The translations under genes and the position numbers were made by a program. The notes beneath the pieces were generated by a model. It made no database searches. It was not told the DNA's origin and worked only from the letters and a program-made list of their open reading frames with translations. DNA of 63,528 nt, filler included, from Nemertoderma westbladi (lineage: Eukaryota > Animalia > Xenacoelomorpha): assembly GCA_032718475.1 (NCBI GenBank). It is 3 parts of 3 records of this genome, joined end to end, with 100 filler letters (N's around TTAATTAATTAA, not from the genome) between each part and the next. Parts side by side here need not be neighbours in the genome. Positions count along the whole stretch, not along the records: positions 1 to 28,909 come from JAUCBJ010004116.1; 2 more parts are not named here. The stretch is one strand, 5' to 3'. Numbering within the stretch: position 1 is the stretch's first letter; every line of letters starts with the position of its first letter. Shown here piece by piece: positions 1-12,682 of the stretch.

Positions 1-1433
1 CTAGAACCTGTTCCTGTTGAGTTTTTTAACATTGCCCAAAACTGTTGGCTATTCACCACCCTAGTGCGTTCTAATGTTTGTGACTGTTCTCGATCATATG
101 CTGCCTTTGCTTGACGAATGCACTTACAGTACTGTGAACGAGATGTAGCTAATCTGTTGAAGGTACTGTGAGTGGGACTATTTTTCCATGCATTAAATTC
201 TCTACGAAAAATAAAACGCTTATCCGCACATTCATCATTGTACCACTGGTAAGAAACATTACATTTATCACCCGGTGATCCGCCTTCCCTTACTTTGAAG
301 TATCGTCCTGCCACTTGTCTAATGCAGTCAACTATCTCCTCTGTTGCATTATCAATATCAGCTGGAGTGTTAAGTCCTGTGCATAGTTTGTCGGCGATAT
401 TGTCTAATTTAGTTTGTACCACTTCTGAAGATAGCTCTTTTTTAAACTTATCACTGAATTTTTCCTTCCATTTAAACCTACTATTTTGTTCCCCGCATTT
501 CGTTGTTTTATCGATATTAGTATCCACTTGCGTTTCAATTTCTACTGGCCAAGAAAATTCGGCAGTGACAGTAACGTGAGGACTAAACAAATTTGGGTCC
601 CCAACATAAAAATTTGAGCAGTGAGATAATAGACCGCATCCAGCTAGGATATAGTCTATGGTCGAAGCCCTAGTTCTCCTTTCACCAGGTGCAAAAAATG
701 TAAACTTTCCTACGCCATCATCGCGCCCAGCCCTTCCATTCAATATTCTGACCCTGGCATTTTTACAAAAATTTAGAAGTAGTTTACCATGGTTATTTTT
801 TACTTCATCCTGATTTCTCCTAATTTTATTTACAGAACCTTCCCAGTCACCATTGTCATCATCGAAAACATAATCTGGGGGCAATAACTCATTTAAGTCA
901 TTGGGCCTGTCAGAATATTCATCACAAATAAAATCATTCAGTTCTGCAGTTCTGGCATTGAAATCGCCTGCTATAATAGTTTCCCTGCTCGAACCAAATT
1001 TAGCAATTCCATTTTCAAGTAAGTCATATAAAGATGCAGGGTCACCACAATGGGAAGTTGATCCCTCTGGGGGTATATAAATTGCACAAAATAATATATC
1101 AATCGGTGAATTTACAATAGTTCCACAGATATTTAGAAAAATTATATCCTCATTACTTTCTAGAACAGTTATATGTCCTTCAAGCTGTTTTTTGTAATAC
1201 ACGTTTATCCCTCCACTAAAACGTCTAGCTTTGGGATTTTTATTCAACCTTGTTACGGCAAAATAATTAAAACCTGCAATATCCGCAATGAGTGAATTTT
1301 CAGGGCTTAGCCAGGTTTCTGTACATACAAAAATATCATAATTATTTAATATTTCCTGGAACTCCAAGTCTGGTAATTTGTTAACTATACCTTCAACATT
1401 CAAAGACCCAACTTTTAGTGAACTTATAGGCAT
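1..1433 (-). CDS. LINE ORF2 N-terminus: apurinic/apyrimidinic-like endonuclease plus linker (runs off window edge; clade uncertain, RTEX/CR1-like)
   Basis: Manual translation from ATG at 1433: MPISSLKVGSLNVEG...IFVCTETWL...FSGGINVY...IYIPP...IIAGDFNART...ILNGR...STIDYIL...PWYNDEC. Absent from the ORF track because it has no stop inside the window. Confidence 0.9.
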   Translation of the reverse strand, partial: MPISSLKVGSLNVEGIVNKLPDLEFQEILNNYDIFVCTETWLSPENSLIADIAGFNYFAVTRLNKNPKARRFSGGINVYYKKQLEGHITVLESNEDIIFLNICGTIVNSPIDILFCAIYIPPEGSTSHCGDPASLYDLLENGIAKFGSSRETIIAGDFNARTAELNDFICDEYSDRPNDLNELLPPDYVFDDDNGDWEGSVNKIRRNQDEVKNNHGKLLLNFCKNARVRILNGRAGRDDGVGKFTFFAPGERRTRASTIDYILAGCGLLSHCSNFYVGDPNLFSPHVTVTAEFSWPVEIETQVDTNIDKTTKCGEQNSRFKWKEKFSDKFKKELSSEVVQTKLDNIADKLCTGLNTPADIDNATEEIVDCIRQVAGRYFKVREGGSPGDKCNVSYQWYNDECADKRFIFRREFNAWKNSPTHSTFNRLATSRSQYCKCIRQAKAAYDREQSQTLERTRVVNSQQFWAMLKNSTGTGS

Positions 1434-1480
1434 ATAATTAATTGGTCTCGAGTTCAGGTTACCGCCACTGGTCGTACTGG

Positions 1481-1717
1481 TCACCCTATTTCGAAGGTGT
1501 CGGAGCTCGTAGGGTTTGCAGATTGACCCTCGCTAACGCCACCCGCAAGGTCACCACGACTGGTACCAACCATGTCTTGATTAGGACACGTTGGGTTCGG
1601 ATCCTGTTTCTCGCCCTGACTGGGTGCCTGCTGGGTAGCCTCCTTGCTCCGAGCTGAGCGACTTATACTGCGGCAGTTGGCCCGTTGTTTGCCAATGTTA
1701 GTATGTAATAAATACAA
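1481..1717 (-). CDS. Possible C-terminal remnant of LINE ORF1
   Basis: GC-richer, low-complexity ORF ending 47 bp before the ORF2 ATG on the same strand; support is positional only. Confidence 0.35.
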   Translation of the reverse strand: MYLLHTNIGKQRANCRSISRSARSKEATQQAPSQGEKQDPNPTCPNQDMVGTSRGDLAGGVSEGQSANPTSSDTFEIG

Positions 1718-2101
1718 CAGGCCAGGAAGACATTTCCCGCTTCTTTAGTTCCTGCTGAGATGCAAACGAGTCGTTACTTTCGTCAAACTTCAAAGGTAAT
1801 TTTCAGTCTTTAGTTCCCGCATCTCGTTATTTAACATTTTAATTTCAACTGGATCTTTATGATTAAAAAATTTATTAACCTCAGCTAGACATGGTAGTAT
1901 TTATATTATTTGGTTTTGCGGTAAAGTCTTCAATGGGATTAGGATTAAGCAACGCGTTCGATTGTTTATAAATAAATAAGGTAAACGATATCACTTATTT
2001 ATCTCGCCGTAAGTCTAAAAGATAACGCACATCTCTCCGATATTTTGTGATATAATTCTGATTAATAGGATGTTAATTTCACAATTTATAAAAAACTTTA
2101 A

Positions 2102-4778
2102 CCCTATTAGTACCGGGCTATAAAATGTTGTACAAATACCGGGGGGGGGGGGGGGGGGGTCATATTGATCTCCCCCTCTAAAATCTACAAATTTTTACGA
2201 AAACGTCAGATTTTTTGTTTGTACGTAGGTATCACTAGTCTGGATCCGACCGAAAAAAAAAAATTTCGAAAAAATTTACTGGGGTGGTTATATTGCAGCA
2301 CAAAAATTGCAAGTAGTGCACAATTTTCACAAAATTTGAAAGTTACATTTTTCGGCTAATTGTTTTTCAATACAGGTTTTCTGGGGCGCAAAATAGATTG
2401 GAAAATATTTAAAAATGAAATGGTTACTATAAATGGCTGTTTAGTCCTCTCTGCGTTGGGAAAAAAATGAAAAAAACAAGTAACCAGCACTTTTCTGTTA
2501 GAACACAAAATTTTTAATTCACTTACACGATGCTATAAATTCACATATTTAGGTTTTCTTGGGCGCTGATTCTAATGGAATACATTTCTAATATGCCAGA
2601 TCATTGCAACTTGTGTTTTTCGGCGTAATTTGGCAAATTTTGGTGCTAGCACCAAATTTCGTACCCGTCACCAAAAAGTACAAGTTTGCGATGTCCAGTG
2701 CTGTTTTTATTGATTCCATCGGATTCAGGACGCTCAGAAACAAGATAATACTATCTTCTGATCAATTTGTTTATTTTCCAAAATTTGGTGCTGGCACAAC
2801 AATTTTCACCCACCGGTGAAAAATACAAGTTTGAAAACTCTTATGAAATTTTTACTGATTCCATTGATTTCAGAACCCTCACAAACCCGTATAACGCAAG
2901 AAATAAGGTGACACAATCAATTGATATATTTGATGGATTTCAAATTTTGGTGCTAGCACCACAGTTTGCACCCACTTCCGAAAAATACAAGTTTGATATG
3001 TCTAGTTCGATAATTATATATTCCATTGAATTCAGAACAACCATAAACCTCTATAACGCAAGAAATAAATTGTTACAAGCAATTTTATCTATTGAATGGA
3101 TTTTCAAAATTTCGTGCTCGCACCAAAATTTGCACACAGCACCGAAAAATACAAGTTTGATACGCTTGGTGCAACTCGTATATATTTCATCGAAAACAGA
3201 ACCCCAAAAAACCCCAATTGCGCAAAAAACAAGCTTCAAACAATCTATTTACAAAATTGACATATTTCAAAATTTGGTGCTGGCACCAAAATTTGGCACC
3301 CGCCGAAAAAAACAAGTTTGAAATTTCTAAATCAATTTATATGAATTCCATCCAATTGCTAACACCAAAAAACCGGTGTAAATAAAAAATAGAGATGTTA
3401 CAATTAAGTTTAAGTTTAAGTTTTAAGTTTAATGTTTCCTCAGAACAAGCACCCAAAATACAAAAAAAAATAAAAATGTTATAACAAAGGAACATGGTTT
3501 GGCTATAGCAAAGCTAGTGTAGCCTTACCATATTCCTATAAGAGGAGGAAACGCGGAGAACAGGTGAGATACGGGTGATACAGGCGTATGGAGTACGATA
3601 TAGCTGGGATTAAACTATTAGTTTGTTTACCTTTACTGTAGATTGTCATGATAAATTTCTAACTGAAAGAATGCTTTATGGTTTTTCCCAGATCAAATTT
3701 TGCATAATTGCAAATGCACTGAGATATATATCTTATGGGATACTGAATACTCAAGAGATTAAGAGCGGAAAACATTATAGAAGTGAGATATAAAAGATGA
3801 ATGAAAAATTAAATAATTTTTCAACCTTTGCATTATAAGAAATTTCCAGATTCAAAAATTTTCTTGCGAAAAATTTGTTATTAAAAAGAAAAAGATAGTA
3901 AATAGTTATTATTATCACGACCCAGAAAGAAGATTGATTTTTACTTGTTTTTTGAAATGCACCTTATTACTGCTATCGCGGATATCTCTCGAGAGGGAAT
4001 TCCAGAGAAGAGGGCCCTGCATTGAAAGGGACTGATGCCGGACTTCCGTGTGCGTACTGGGTAAATGAAAAAGACCAGCGGAGGCAGAGCGAGTATTGTA
4101 TGTGTGAACAGATGATTCTTTAGTGAATAAGTGAGAAAGAGGATGAGAAGGATTGTGGTAAATTTCATACATTAGTATGAGGACCTGGTATTTATACAGA
4201 CGATCTAGTGGTAAAATGCGTAGCTGCTGATAAATAGGAAAAGATGAGGACTGATAGTGGCTGAAGGTAATACATCGGACAATTTTATTGCGTTTGGTTT
4301 TGAGGGGACGAGTAATAGATTTGAATGTATTTCCCCATACTATCAACCCGTAAAAAATATAGGGGTAGACTAACGTATAGAATAGAGTTCGCATTATATG
4401 AGCTGGGACAATATGGCGTAGTTTATAGAATAATCCTCCACTCTTGGATATTTTTTCAGGATATGGCTGATGTGTTCCCTATATGATAAATTGGAATCTA
4501 TTAATATACCTAGATATTTAGATGTTGTTATTCATATTTAATGAAATGAAATTTTCAAAAAACGCCTCAAAAAAAAGTGCCAAAAGTAGGGTTAAAAAAT
4601 GGTGCTATAACTCGAAAACTACCTCATATTTTTGAAAATGGTTTTCACTACTAGGAAGACAATAGATTTTTAGGTAAAGTCATAAAATTTCAGACACTCA
4701 ACTGCGTTTGTTTCAGAATTATAATAAAAAAACCACGGGGGGTCATATTGACCCCCCCCCCCCCCGGGTTTAATAGGG
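2102..4778. mobile_element. Non-autonomous piggyBac-like element, copy 1 (interrupted by a LINE fragment)
   Basis: TTAA|CCCTATTA...TAATAGGG|TTAA termini, subterminal GGGGGGTCATATTGACCCCCC hairpins, closely similar to 52395-53952. Confidence 0.85.
3406..4532 (-). mobile_element. 5'-truncated CR1/L2-group LINE (RT C-terminus, 3'UTR, (AAACTT)n tail)
   Basis: Absent from the piggyBac-like copy at 52395-53952. Reads KYLGILIDSNL...LRHIVP...TLVYPYIFYGLIVWG...HTYNTR...GPLLWNSL (ORF 3915-4394); tandem tail at about 3406-3430. Confidence 0.85.
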
Positions 4779-5362
4779 TTAAATGAACCTGTCTTACACA
4801 GACTCGTAGAAACATATGGGATTGGAAGATGCAAACCAAGAATGACTCGACTTGCATCAACCAAACAAACTGCCTCCATCTACACATTCGCCTAGGCAAA
4901 CAAATCATAATCACAACTACTGCGATGTGTGAAATGTTATCATCCTTATCTGCAACCTGAGAAACGGCACCAAAGATCAGTTTATTCTGCGGAGGGGTCT
5001 TTCTGTATTAGAATTATTACACGAATTATTTCTACCAAATACATTCTCAGTTAGCCTAATAAATAAAACAACCAATATAATGTACAAGCCTCCTATGAAA
5101 ATTGGGGATTTCTTCCATTCAGTCTACCCAACAGCTGTTGGTACCCGGCTGCCACGCTGGTTCAGTTTTCTGGCTTTGTTAGTTTAAGGGGGGAGTTTAA
5201 GTCCCCCAGTCTTTTTTTTCATCAAATTTTTTTTTAATGTGTTTTCCGATGTAAAATTTTATGGTGATTCCGAATCTGAAATCAGTTTTTCGATAAGGTA
5301 TTTTGTTCTCGAGTTATGGCAACTTTTTTAATTTTCACACAAAATTTGAAATTTATTAATCA

Positions 5363-6233
5363 TGGTGCAGCACCACATTTGACACCAAAAAAGACCATGA
5401 AACACCAATAAATGTGCAAATATTTTGCCCTTTTCGGAAACAGCGCTGAAATTTATCCAATAGGTATCAAAACCCCAAAAGTAGATTATATTTGAAAAAT
5501 TTGAAAAAAATTTCACTTTTGGTGCATGTTTGGTCAGTTGTAATAAGGATGAAATTTAAATGTAATTTTTCTCTCATTGGCTTCTTTTGGGACCTTTTCT
5601 CTTGAAAAAATTTTCACTTTTGGTGCATGTTTGGTCAGTTGTAATAAGGATGAAATTTAAATGTCATTTTTCTCTCATTGGCTTCTTTTGGGACCTTTTC
5701 TCTATCTACTTTTTAACTACTCAACGGATTTTCGTTGTTTGCAGAATTATGTAGAGGAATATTCCCCGCAAAAATTTAATAGACAGAATTTTGAGAAAAT
5801 TTTGTTTAAAAAAAAACTTATGGCATTTTTCGTTTAAAAATACCGAAAAATCGAAAAAATCCAAAATTTAGCGATTTTTCACACAAAAAATGCCATAATT
5901 TCAAAATTCTGTCTATACAATTTTTGCGGGGAATATTCCTCTACATAATTCTGCAAACAGAACGAAAATCCGTTGAGTAGTTAAAAAGTAGATAGAGAAA
6001 GTGTCCCAAAAAAGCCAATGCGAGAAAAATGTCATTTAAATTTCATCCTTATTACAACAGACCAAACATGCACCAAAAGTGAAAATTTTTGCAAATTTTT
6101 CAAATATAAATCTACTTATTGTGGTTTTGATACCTATAGGCAAATTTTCGGCGCTGATTCCGAAAATGGCAAAATATTTGCACATTTATGGGTGTTTGAT
6201 GGTCTTTTTGGTGTCAAAGGTGGTGCTGCACCA
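5363..6233. mobile_element. Foldback/palindromic non-autonomous element
   Basis: About 5363-5800 is the imperfect reverse complement of about 5880-6233; the left arm contains a ~100-bp tandem duplication. Confidence 0.75.
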
Positions 6234-6430
6234 AAATTTAATAATGTGAAATAACGTCCAAGATATACAAAATTTACTAAGCCTTTACATTTTACTAGAG
6301 CGTTGCCTGATTTGATAACAGTAGAATGAACCTGTCTTTAGACTGGGTAGATTTTGTTTAAAGCTCATTTTCCAATACATGTCCCAGTAGTGGTTTCAAA
6401 CCATTTGGTGGTCACACATATAAATAACTA

Positions 6431-6985
6431 ATACTACCTCAAAACGAAATAATTGTTGCATATAAAAGAAACCCAAACCTAAAAGAACTTCTAGCACCAT
6501 CCAATCCATACAAACAATTATCATGCATGGATAACCCTGGTTGTTACAATTGTAGCGCTAAAAAGTGTGACTGTTGTGAAAATTACTTAATTGAAACCAA
6601 CCATTTCAAATGTGTAGCTACAGGCAAGACTTTTAAAATAAACAAACGACTAAACTGTTACTCGGAAAATGTAGTATATTTAGCTATCTGCATAGAATGC
6701 AATTTACAGGGTGTTGGCTCAACAATCAATTTCAAGAAGAGGCTTGGAAATTATAAATCTCATATAAAAAAAGGTGTGAAAAGTTGCAATATCGGCGTGC
6801 ATTTCATCGAAAAACACAACAAATCCTCCAAAAACTTGAAATTTATTTTGATCGATCAATTACCAGGAAGGGACAACTGCGTAGAAACAATAAAGAAACT
6901 AAGAAAATCGGAACGATTTTGGATTGGTATGCTGCTCACTAATCTAAAGGGCTTGAACTCCTTCCATGACTACATTCAACAATAA
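6431..6985 (+). CDS. Penelope-like element 3' fragment: Cys linker plus GIY-YIG endonuclease
   Basis: IIVAYKRNPNLKELL...CYNCSAKKCDCC...LNCYSENVVYLAICIECNLQGVGST...KRLGNYKSHIK...ERFWI...GLN, the typical C-terminus of Penelope-like elements. Confidence 0.85.
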   Translation: MLPQNEIIVAYKRNPNLKELLAPSNPYKQLSCMDNPGCYNCSAKKCDCCENYLIETNHFKCVATGKTFKINKRLNCYSENVVYLAICIECNLQGVGSTINFKKRLGNYKSHIKKGVKSCNIGVHFIEKHNKSSKNLKFILIDQLPGRDNCVETIKKLRKSERFWIGMLLTNLKGLNSFHDYIQQ

Positions 6986-7013
6986 AAACTTTATTATATT
7001 AAGTCTAGGTTAC

Positions 7014-8242
7014 TGTAAAAGCTTTTGTGGGATAACTGATACGTTTGCCTTTGCTGGCCAGTTCCCCCCCAGGCGCTGGAATACTCTAAAAGGGTTCTCT
7101 GACTGTATATATATTCCCCTCGCCCGCAAGGTACCTTTACAGGTGTTTTAACGGACATAAAAGTAATTCTGCTATATACGTGTTTTGGCGGACATGGTAA
7201 GGCAAAAAACCTGTAATGCACCAACTACCTTTCACAGCTTAGCCGTGATAATTCATATTACGACATCTAACAGCTGGTTGCTGACATGGAAACAGCCATT
7301 GGACGCACGGTTCTTTGTTTGGCTTGAGCCAATCGGAGCGATTTTTCCTGTCGACGTGTAGCTTTTCAGTCGATCATAAGGAGAGTGTTCAGTCTTACTG
7401 TTTTTACTTGATACTTTGTTGTTATTGCTGTCTAAGCCAGAAACACCGGCATTTTGGGAAGAACTCTAGTAAACTGCTTGAATTATCGAAAGTATAAACT
7501 GTTACCTAATGAAACTCACTTAACTCACTTAATTTAATTGCATTAATCATATTGTTTGTACTGTTATTTTACCGTCAGTTATTAATTGTACCTATTTGTT
7601 GATGGAAATATTGCTATTTGGATAATACGGATAAATCACCCAAATTCCCAATTTTCTTGATACACTACAGGTTAGAGAGACCGGCTATACATAACAATTG
7701 CGATTTATATTAATGTGGTGTGTATTGAATCCAATGTTATTTAGCAGACCCTACGTGAGTCAATTGCTGCTCTCTTTATGTGTGATCAAATATACTGACG
7801 GTCGGCAGAATAGTGTGTATGATTGTGATTGGTAACAAAGTATTTCCTAAAGAATACGCTTTATACTTTAATCATAAGCAGTATCGTTGCGTTTTAGTAT
7901 AAGTCTTAGTTCTGTTTAAATAGATAAAGCGCCACGTCCTAAAGGAACTGTTAATATTTCCCGAAAGCCAATAATATCTGTCAGAGATTAATTATTAACG
8001 ATCTATCGAATAATACATTAGGTATACACTGCAACCTTACACTGTAATAATACAATTCAAGCATCCGAATTCAGTCTCCCGGGTGTAGATCCATCGGGTG
8101 AATGATCGCGCATGGGCTGACTTCGGCTAATGTTTTGCGTATTAGCATAAAATATTGTCGTATGCTAAAGTGGTTTTAATTAACTAGAAGACATATAAAT
8201 TTTGGCAGGTTAAACTGCTAAAGGTCTTCAAAAGCGCGAACA
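7014..8242 (+). mobile_element. Solo LTR (1229 bp) of the B/C BEL-like family
   Basis: TGTAAAAGC...GCGCGAACA flanked by 5-bp TSD GTTAC (7009-7013, 8243-8247); homologous to LTRs at 39683-40932 and (reverse) 9910-11148. Confidence 0.92.
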
Positions 8243-8310
8243 GTTACCTTAACAACAAACTAAGAATTACGATATTCTATGTAAACAAATTCAAATAAGA
8301 ATAATAAAAA

Positions 8311-8329
8311 ATAGATTTGATAAAGGCTA
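8311..8329 (+). ncRNA. 5' half of a Penelope-type minimal hammerhead-like motif (3' half at 26903-26928)
   Basis: Removing element A gives ATAGAT-TTGATAA-A-GGCTA-TGCAATA-TAGCC-GAAA-TATC-ATCTGT followed by AATAAA, downstream of the GIY-YIG ORF. Confidence 0.65.
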
Positions 8330-8770
8330 TGTGGTAATTATATTATACAGTTGAACTCGCCAATATTGAGTCTATGACAAAGTTTGTCTATAATTGTACA
8401 GTAGATTGATATTTAGTTCGATTATTCATTACCTACATTGGGTTAATTAGCACTAGCATACGCGTCTGTTAATTAGTCAAGATATACAGTACTTACAGTA
8501 AATAGTATGTGCCGAATAAAGAGTCAACTACTAACAGTACAGTAGTTAGTACAGTATGTGCAGTATAAGGGGTCAACCAGAACTAATTACTAAATGGCAT
8601 TTTAATTATAAGGATTTTGGATCTCCGGCTCATTCGTTCAATTAAATTCATATACTAATTGTTACGGTAAATTCATACTTTATAATTTCGGTGTAATCGT
8701 GACGTTACTTGTATTAAATATTCTGTACGATAAAGTCATTAAATATTTTCATCTCTCTAAAATAACCAAA
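8330..8770 (+). repeat. 5' LTR of BEL element A
   Basis: Direct repeat of 26457-26897. Confidence 0.93.
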
Positions 8771-8786
8771 TGGTCCTTCGAACCGG
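8771..8786 (+). promoter_or_regulatory. Primer-binding site, tRNA-Tyr type
   Basis: TGGTCCTTCGAACCGG, one mismatch to the complement of the tRNA-Tyr 3' end (TGGTCCTTCGAGCCGG). Confidence 0.85.
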
Positions 8787-9004
8787 TACAACTACGAAAA
8801 GGAGACGTTGAAATGATGGAAGACAACTCACGGTCGGAACTCAATGCAATTGCGCGACAACAACGGACAACCCACTAATTACATCGGATTTCTCGGAAGA
8901 ATAAATCACATCAAACTCTTCGGATATAACTCAAAAGGTACGTTGGTTACATTTCACAACACCCAGTAAGATTATTTCTCTGGCAAATTAGATTATCATT
9001 CACC

Positions 9005-9909
9005 ATGGGTGATCTAACACGCCTTGTACAAATAAGAGGGCGCTATAGATCCAAGGCTACTAAGTTAGCCAAGGAAGCTGAGGCTCTTGCATGCGATCAA
9101 ATAACTTCAGAATCATTGACCAGAAGCAAACAATTACTGCTTCTAATACCAGATGTAAAAGCTCAATTAGACAGTCAAAACAAAGAAATCCATTTTCAAT
9201 TGAAAGATGATGATGTTGAAAATGATTTGTATCAGAGTGATGAATATAATTCCAGACTATTGCTTGCAATTTCTGGTTTGCAACAAGTCTGTTTAGATAG
9301 TGATCTTGACAAAACTATCTCTAAAGCGGAAGTTTCAATGCCCAAAACTAGTTCTGATATGGAAACACGTATTTTGCAACAAGCAACCTATAGAAAAAGA
9401 CTTCCCGCAATAGAAATAGAAAATTTCGAAGGTGATTACACAACCTTTCAACCGTTTTGGCAGTCCTTTACTAGTGCTATTGACAGCAACACCGCAATCC
9501 CAACTGTAGAGAAGTTTATATATTTAAAAAAATTTCTTAAAGGCAGAGCCAAACTGACAGTGGAAGGACTAGAAGTGACTGCTGAAAATTACAGTACAGC
9601 TGTTCAGATTATCCATGAAAGATTTGGACGCAAAAGTATGATTATTTCAGGTCATTTTAATAAAGTTTATAATATTCCAGTGTGTCGACATTTAAAGGAC
9701 TTGCGATCATTTTATGATAGTTTGATTCCCCACATTCGCTCCCTGGAATCACTTGGAATGATCTCGGACATAAATTCAGCCATGATATGTCAAGTAATTC
9801 TTGGTAAGTTACCGGAGTCAGTCAGAGAGAAATTTCACGAACATACCGAATCTGATGATTGTTTCAAAATCGATAAAATTGCAGATTTTATCAGAAGAAA
9901 AGCTGATGC
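9005..9909 (+). CDS. BEL A gag-pol, N-terminal part (DUF1759-type Gag)
   Basis: LPAIEIENFEGDYTTFQPFWQSFTSAIDSN...EKFIYLKKFLKG; rejoins 21572 in frame (RRKADA-MDASEY) after removing B and one TSD copy, giving 1888 aa. Confidence 0.93.
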
Positions 9910-11148
9910 TGTTCGCGCTTTCAGACCTTTGGCAGTTTAACCCACCAAATTAAGATGTCTTCTAGATATTAAATCGGTTTTTAGTCTATGACAAGTATTT
10001 GATTCACTACACTAGTCGAAACCAATCTGTGCGCGATCATTCACCCGCTGGATATTCCCGGGAGATTGGGTTCGACGGTTTAATTTTATTGCTATGTAAG
10101 CCTAATGTATTATTCGACTGACAGTACTATATAATCTCTGACAATATTATTCACCTTCGGTAATATTAACAGTTCCTTTAGGACGTGGCGCTTTATCTAC
10201 ATAAACATAGTTATGACTTAAACTACTCACAACGATATGGCTTAATTATAATTCACATATATGGCGCATTCTTTAGGAATTGCTTCTTTAACAGACTCAC
10301 TCATACACAATGCTGCACAATACTGCACACTAATCTGCCAATCTTCACTGATTTTAATCACATATAAAAGGAACACAGACTGACTCATGTAGGGTCTATC
10401 AAATAACATTAGATTCACTTCAAACCACTTTAATATAAGTCACAATCGTTTATCTGTAACCCTTCTCTCTTACCTTCGGTATATCAAGAATATTGGGTTT
10501 CGGGGTTATTTATCGTTATTCCAAATATAATAATTCATCAACCATATTATGAAGAACTGACGGTAAATGGCAGTATAAAACAACAATGAAAACACTGATT
10601 GTTATGAGTTTGCAATGTTTCAGCAGTCAGTATGTATGATCAGTTAGCAGTGATTCCATGAGTTTGATCGGTATGTCAGTACCGGTATGTCAGTTAAAGG
10701 ATATATGCCCTTTATAATTAAACCTACTAGTGTAAGACTAAAAACTGAAAACACGGAGGTGCCAAAAGCCGGTTCTTAGGCTCTAGGCAAAAACATAACA
10801 CTGAACTACTGAGTTTCTGTATATACCTCCAACACAAAGACAACAAACGCTCTGATTGGTCAACCTGAACAACGAGAGAACAGAGAAACAAAGAAACGTC
10901 GACGTGGCAATATCAGCTGCTAGCCGTCGTCATGGTAGCGACACTGTTTTCAAGAGTATCGAGCTTTTACGTCACGGAATTACGGATTATGTCCTCTAAA
11001 GTACAAATACAGAAGAAATAGCTCTTATGTCCGCTAAAACACCAGTACAGCAAGGACACGGCCTTTTTATGCCTGGTAAACCAACTACAGAGTACTTTAC
11101 GGGAAAAATAAGGAAAAATAACCGGACAATTCAGTAAAAGCTTTTACA
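9910..11148 (-). repeat. 3' LTR of element B
   Basis: TG...CA, near-identical to 20327-21566. Confidence 0.93.
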
Positions 11149-12205
11149 CCGCTCCCAGAAAATGGGATTTTCAGTCTATAAAATATAAAAATCACAGTTT
11201 CTAAAACATAAAGATACTCTAAACAGTTAGTCTTTCTTACGCAGACGGCGTTTACGCAGTTTTTTGAGGCTAGCAAGAGTCTTTTTCTCTTTGGGGGGAG
11301 CCACTTTACTAGGAGGGCCATAACTCCTGGGTGAAGGGTGCAATATGATTGCATCAGAAGGTGTAGGATTGTGGTCGGGGTATCCGCCGTTTCGATATGC
11401 TTCTCCTCGAGCTGATTTTCCTCCGCTCGTAGCTGGATACGTTCATCCAAAAACTCTCGCAGAGAATGGGGTTGTCTAAGTGCGATATCTTCTTAGAGAT
11501 TCTGGATTTCACAATCGAACTGAGATAAAGACAATTCGTTTATCGATTGGACTTACTGTTATAACTTACGTTTATCTGAACAAACGCAGGTTTCTTTTTT
11601 GATCTTTATAGAATAGCGTTTAACTCGTTTCGTACAACGCTCTCCTTCACTTTGATGAAGGGTTGTATCGCGTTAAACGGGATGACCATACGGTTGGATA
11701 ATGATATTAGGTGTCTGCGTCATAATCCAGCTAGGTAAGATGGGCGGCTAGCTAGAAATCACTGTCGGAGTGTTACCGATTAATTGTTAGGGTAGCACTA
11801 GATCTTTGAACAGTGAATACAGTCCGCGAGGATCCGCGACACCACCAGGATCGCAGGTCTGAGGTCCAACTAAGGAATGAGGAGGTTTGACCGAGTATTC
11901 CGGGACTCTGATCGTAGGTTTACTCCAGGATCGTTCGAGCCGAGTGAGCATAGGTGATACGTCAACAAGTTTCGGTTTACATGGATGTTTATGTCTTTCC
12001 GTTTATTATTTGGGTCTAGGGCGTTTATCGTAATAATACCAAAGACGCACGTCTGGTAGGGTAAACGCGGGTGACATTTATTTGTTGTTACAATGCTTCT
12101 ATCAAGAATTCCAAATATACTTTGGAGTTACCGCGTCCATTTGTTTCTTTAGTGTCTTTTCTTTCGAGTCGATTTCGAATAGAATTTTCGCATTCGAATT
12201 TCAGT

Positions 12206-12682
12206 TTATGGTTCCGACTCCGCTGGGCAGGATATATAGTCGACATAGTCCGTATTGTGTAAATCGATAGGATGACCAGTAGTTAAGAAGACCATATACG
12301 TACCATTACGCTGCGTATATCGAGCAGCGAATTTTCTATAGTCCAACTCGCGCGAGAGCTGCACTTGGGACATTGTCGGTTCGATATAACGACCATCGTC
12401 CTCCGCAGCAGTTGGACTAACGTCGCCGCGTATTAAGCTATCAACAAACGCTTGCAAAAATAGAGTATATCGCTCCCCGATACCAAGACCATCTTCTATC
12501 AACTCCGTCATATCTGCTATATATGAGTTTATCCATATTATAATGAGTTGATATTTAGGCGAGCGGGCGTCGCTGCCTACCCCAATCAACCCCGGACAGT
12601 ACGAGATCCTCAGCGCCGATGTGTCGTCGCCGCTGTACTTTCGCCAACGACGTAGCCGCACAACAACAACGACAACCGACAC
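12206..12682 (-). CDS. Unknown accessory ORF in the 3' region of element B (probably part of a degraded longer frame extending to about 11230)
   Basis: 158-aa frame on the element's sense strand in a GC-richer block between the PR ORF and the 3' LTR; no recognisable motif. Confidence 0.4.
   Translation of the reverse strand: MSVVVVVVRLRRWRKYSGDDTSALRISYCPGLIGVGSDARSPKYQLIIIWINSYIADMTELIEDGLGIGERYTLFLQAFVDSLIRGDVSPTAAEDDGRYIEPTMSQVQLSRELDYRKFAARYTQRNGTYMVFLTTGHPIDLHNTDYVDYISCPAESEP

Noticed and set aside
2767-3321. 184-aa ORF and similar ORFs at 52886-53354
   Set aside because: Chance frames through internal repeats of the non-autonomous element, interrupted differently in the two copies, with no transposase motif.
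4782-4795. AATGAACCTGTCTT repeated at 6325-6338
   Set aside because: Could be a long TSD or chance; no coherent element could be defined between the copies.
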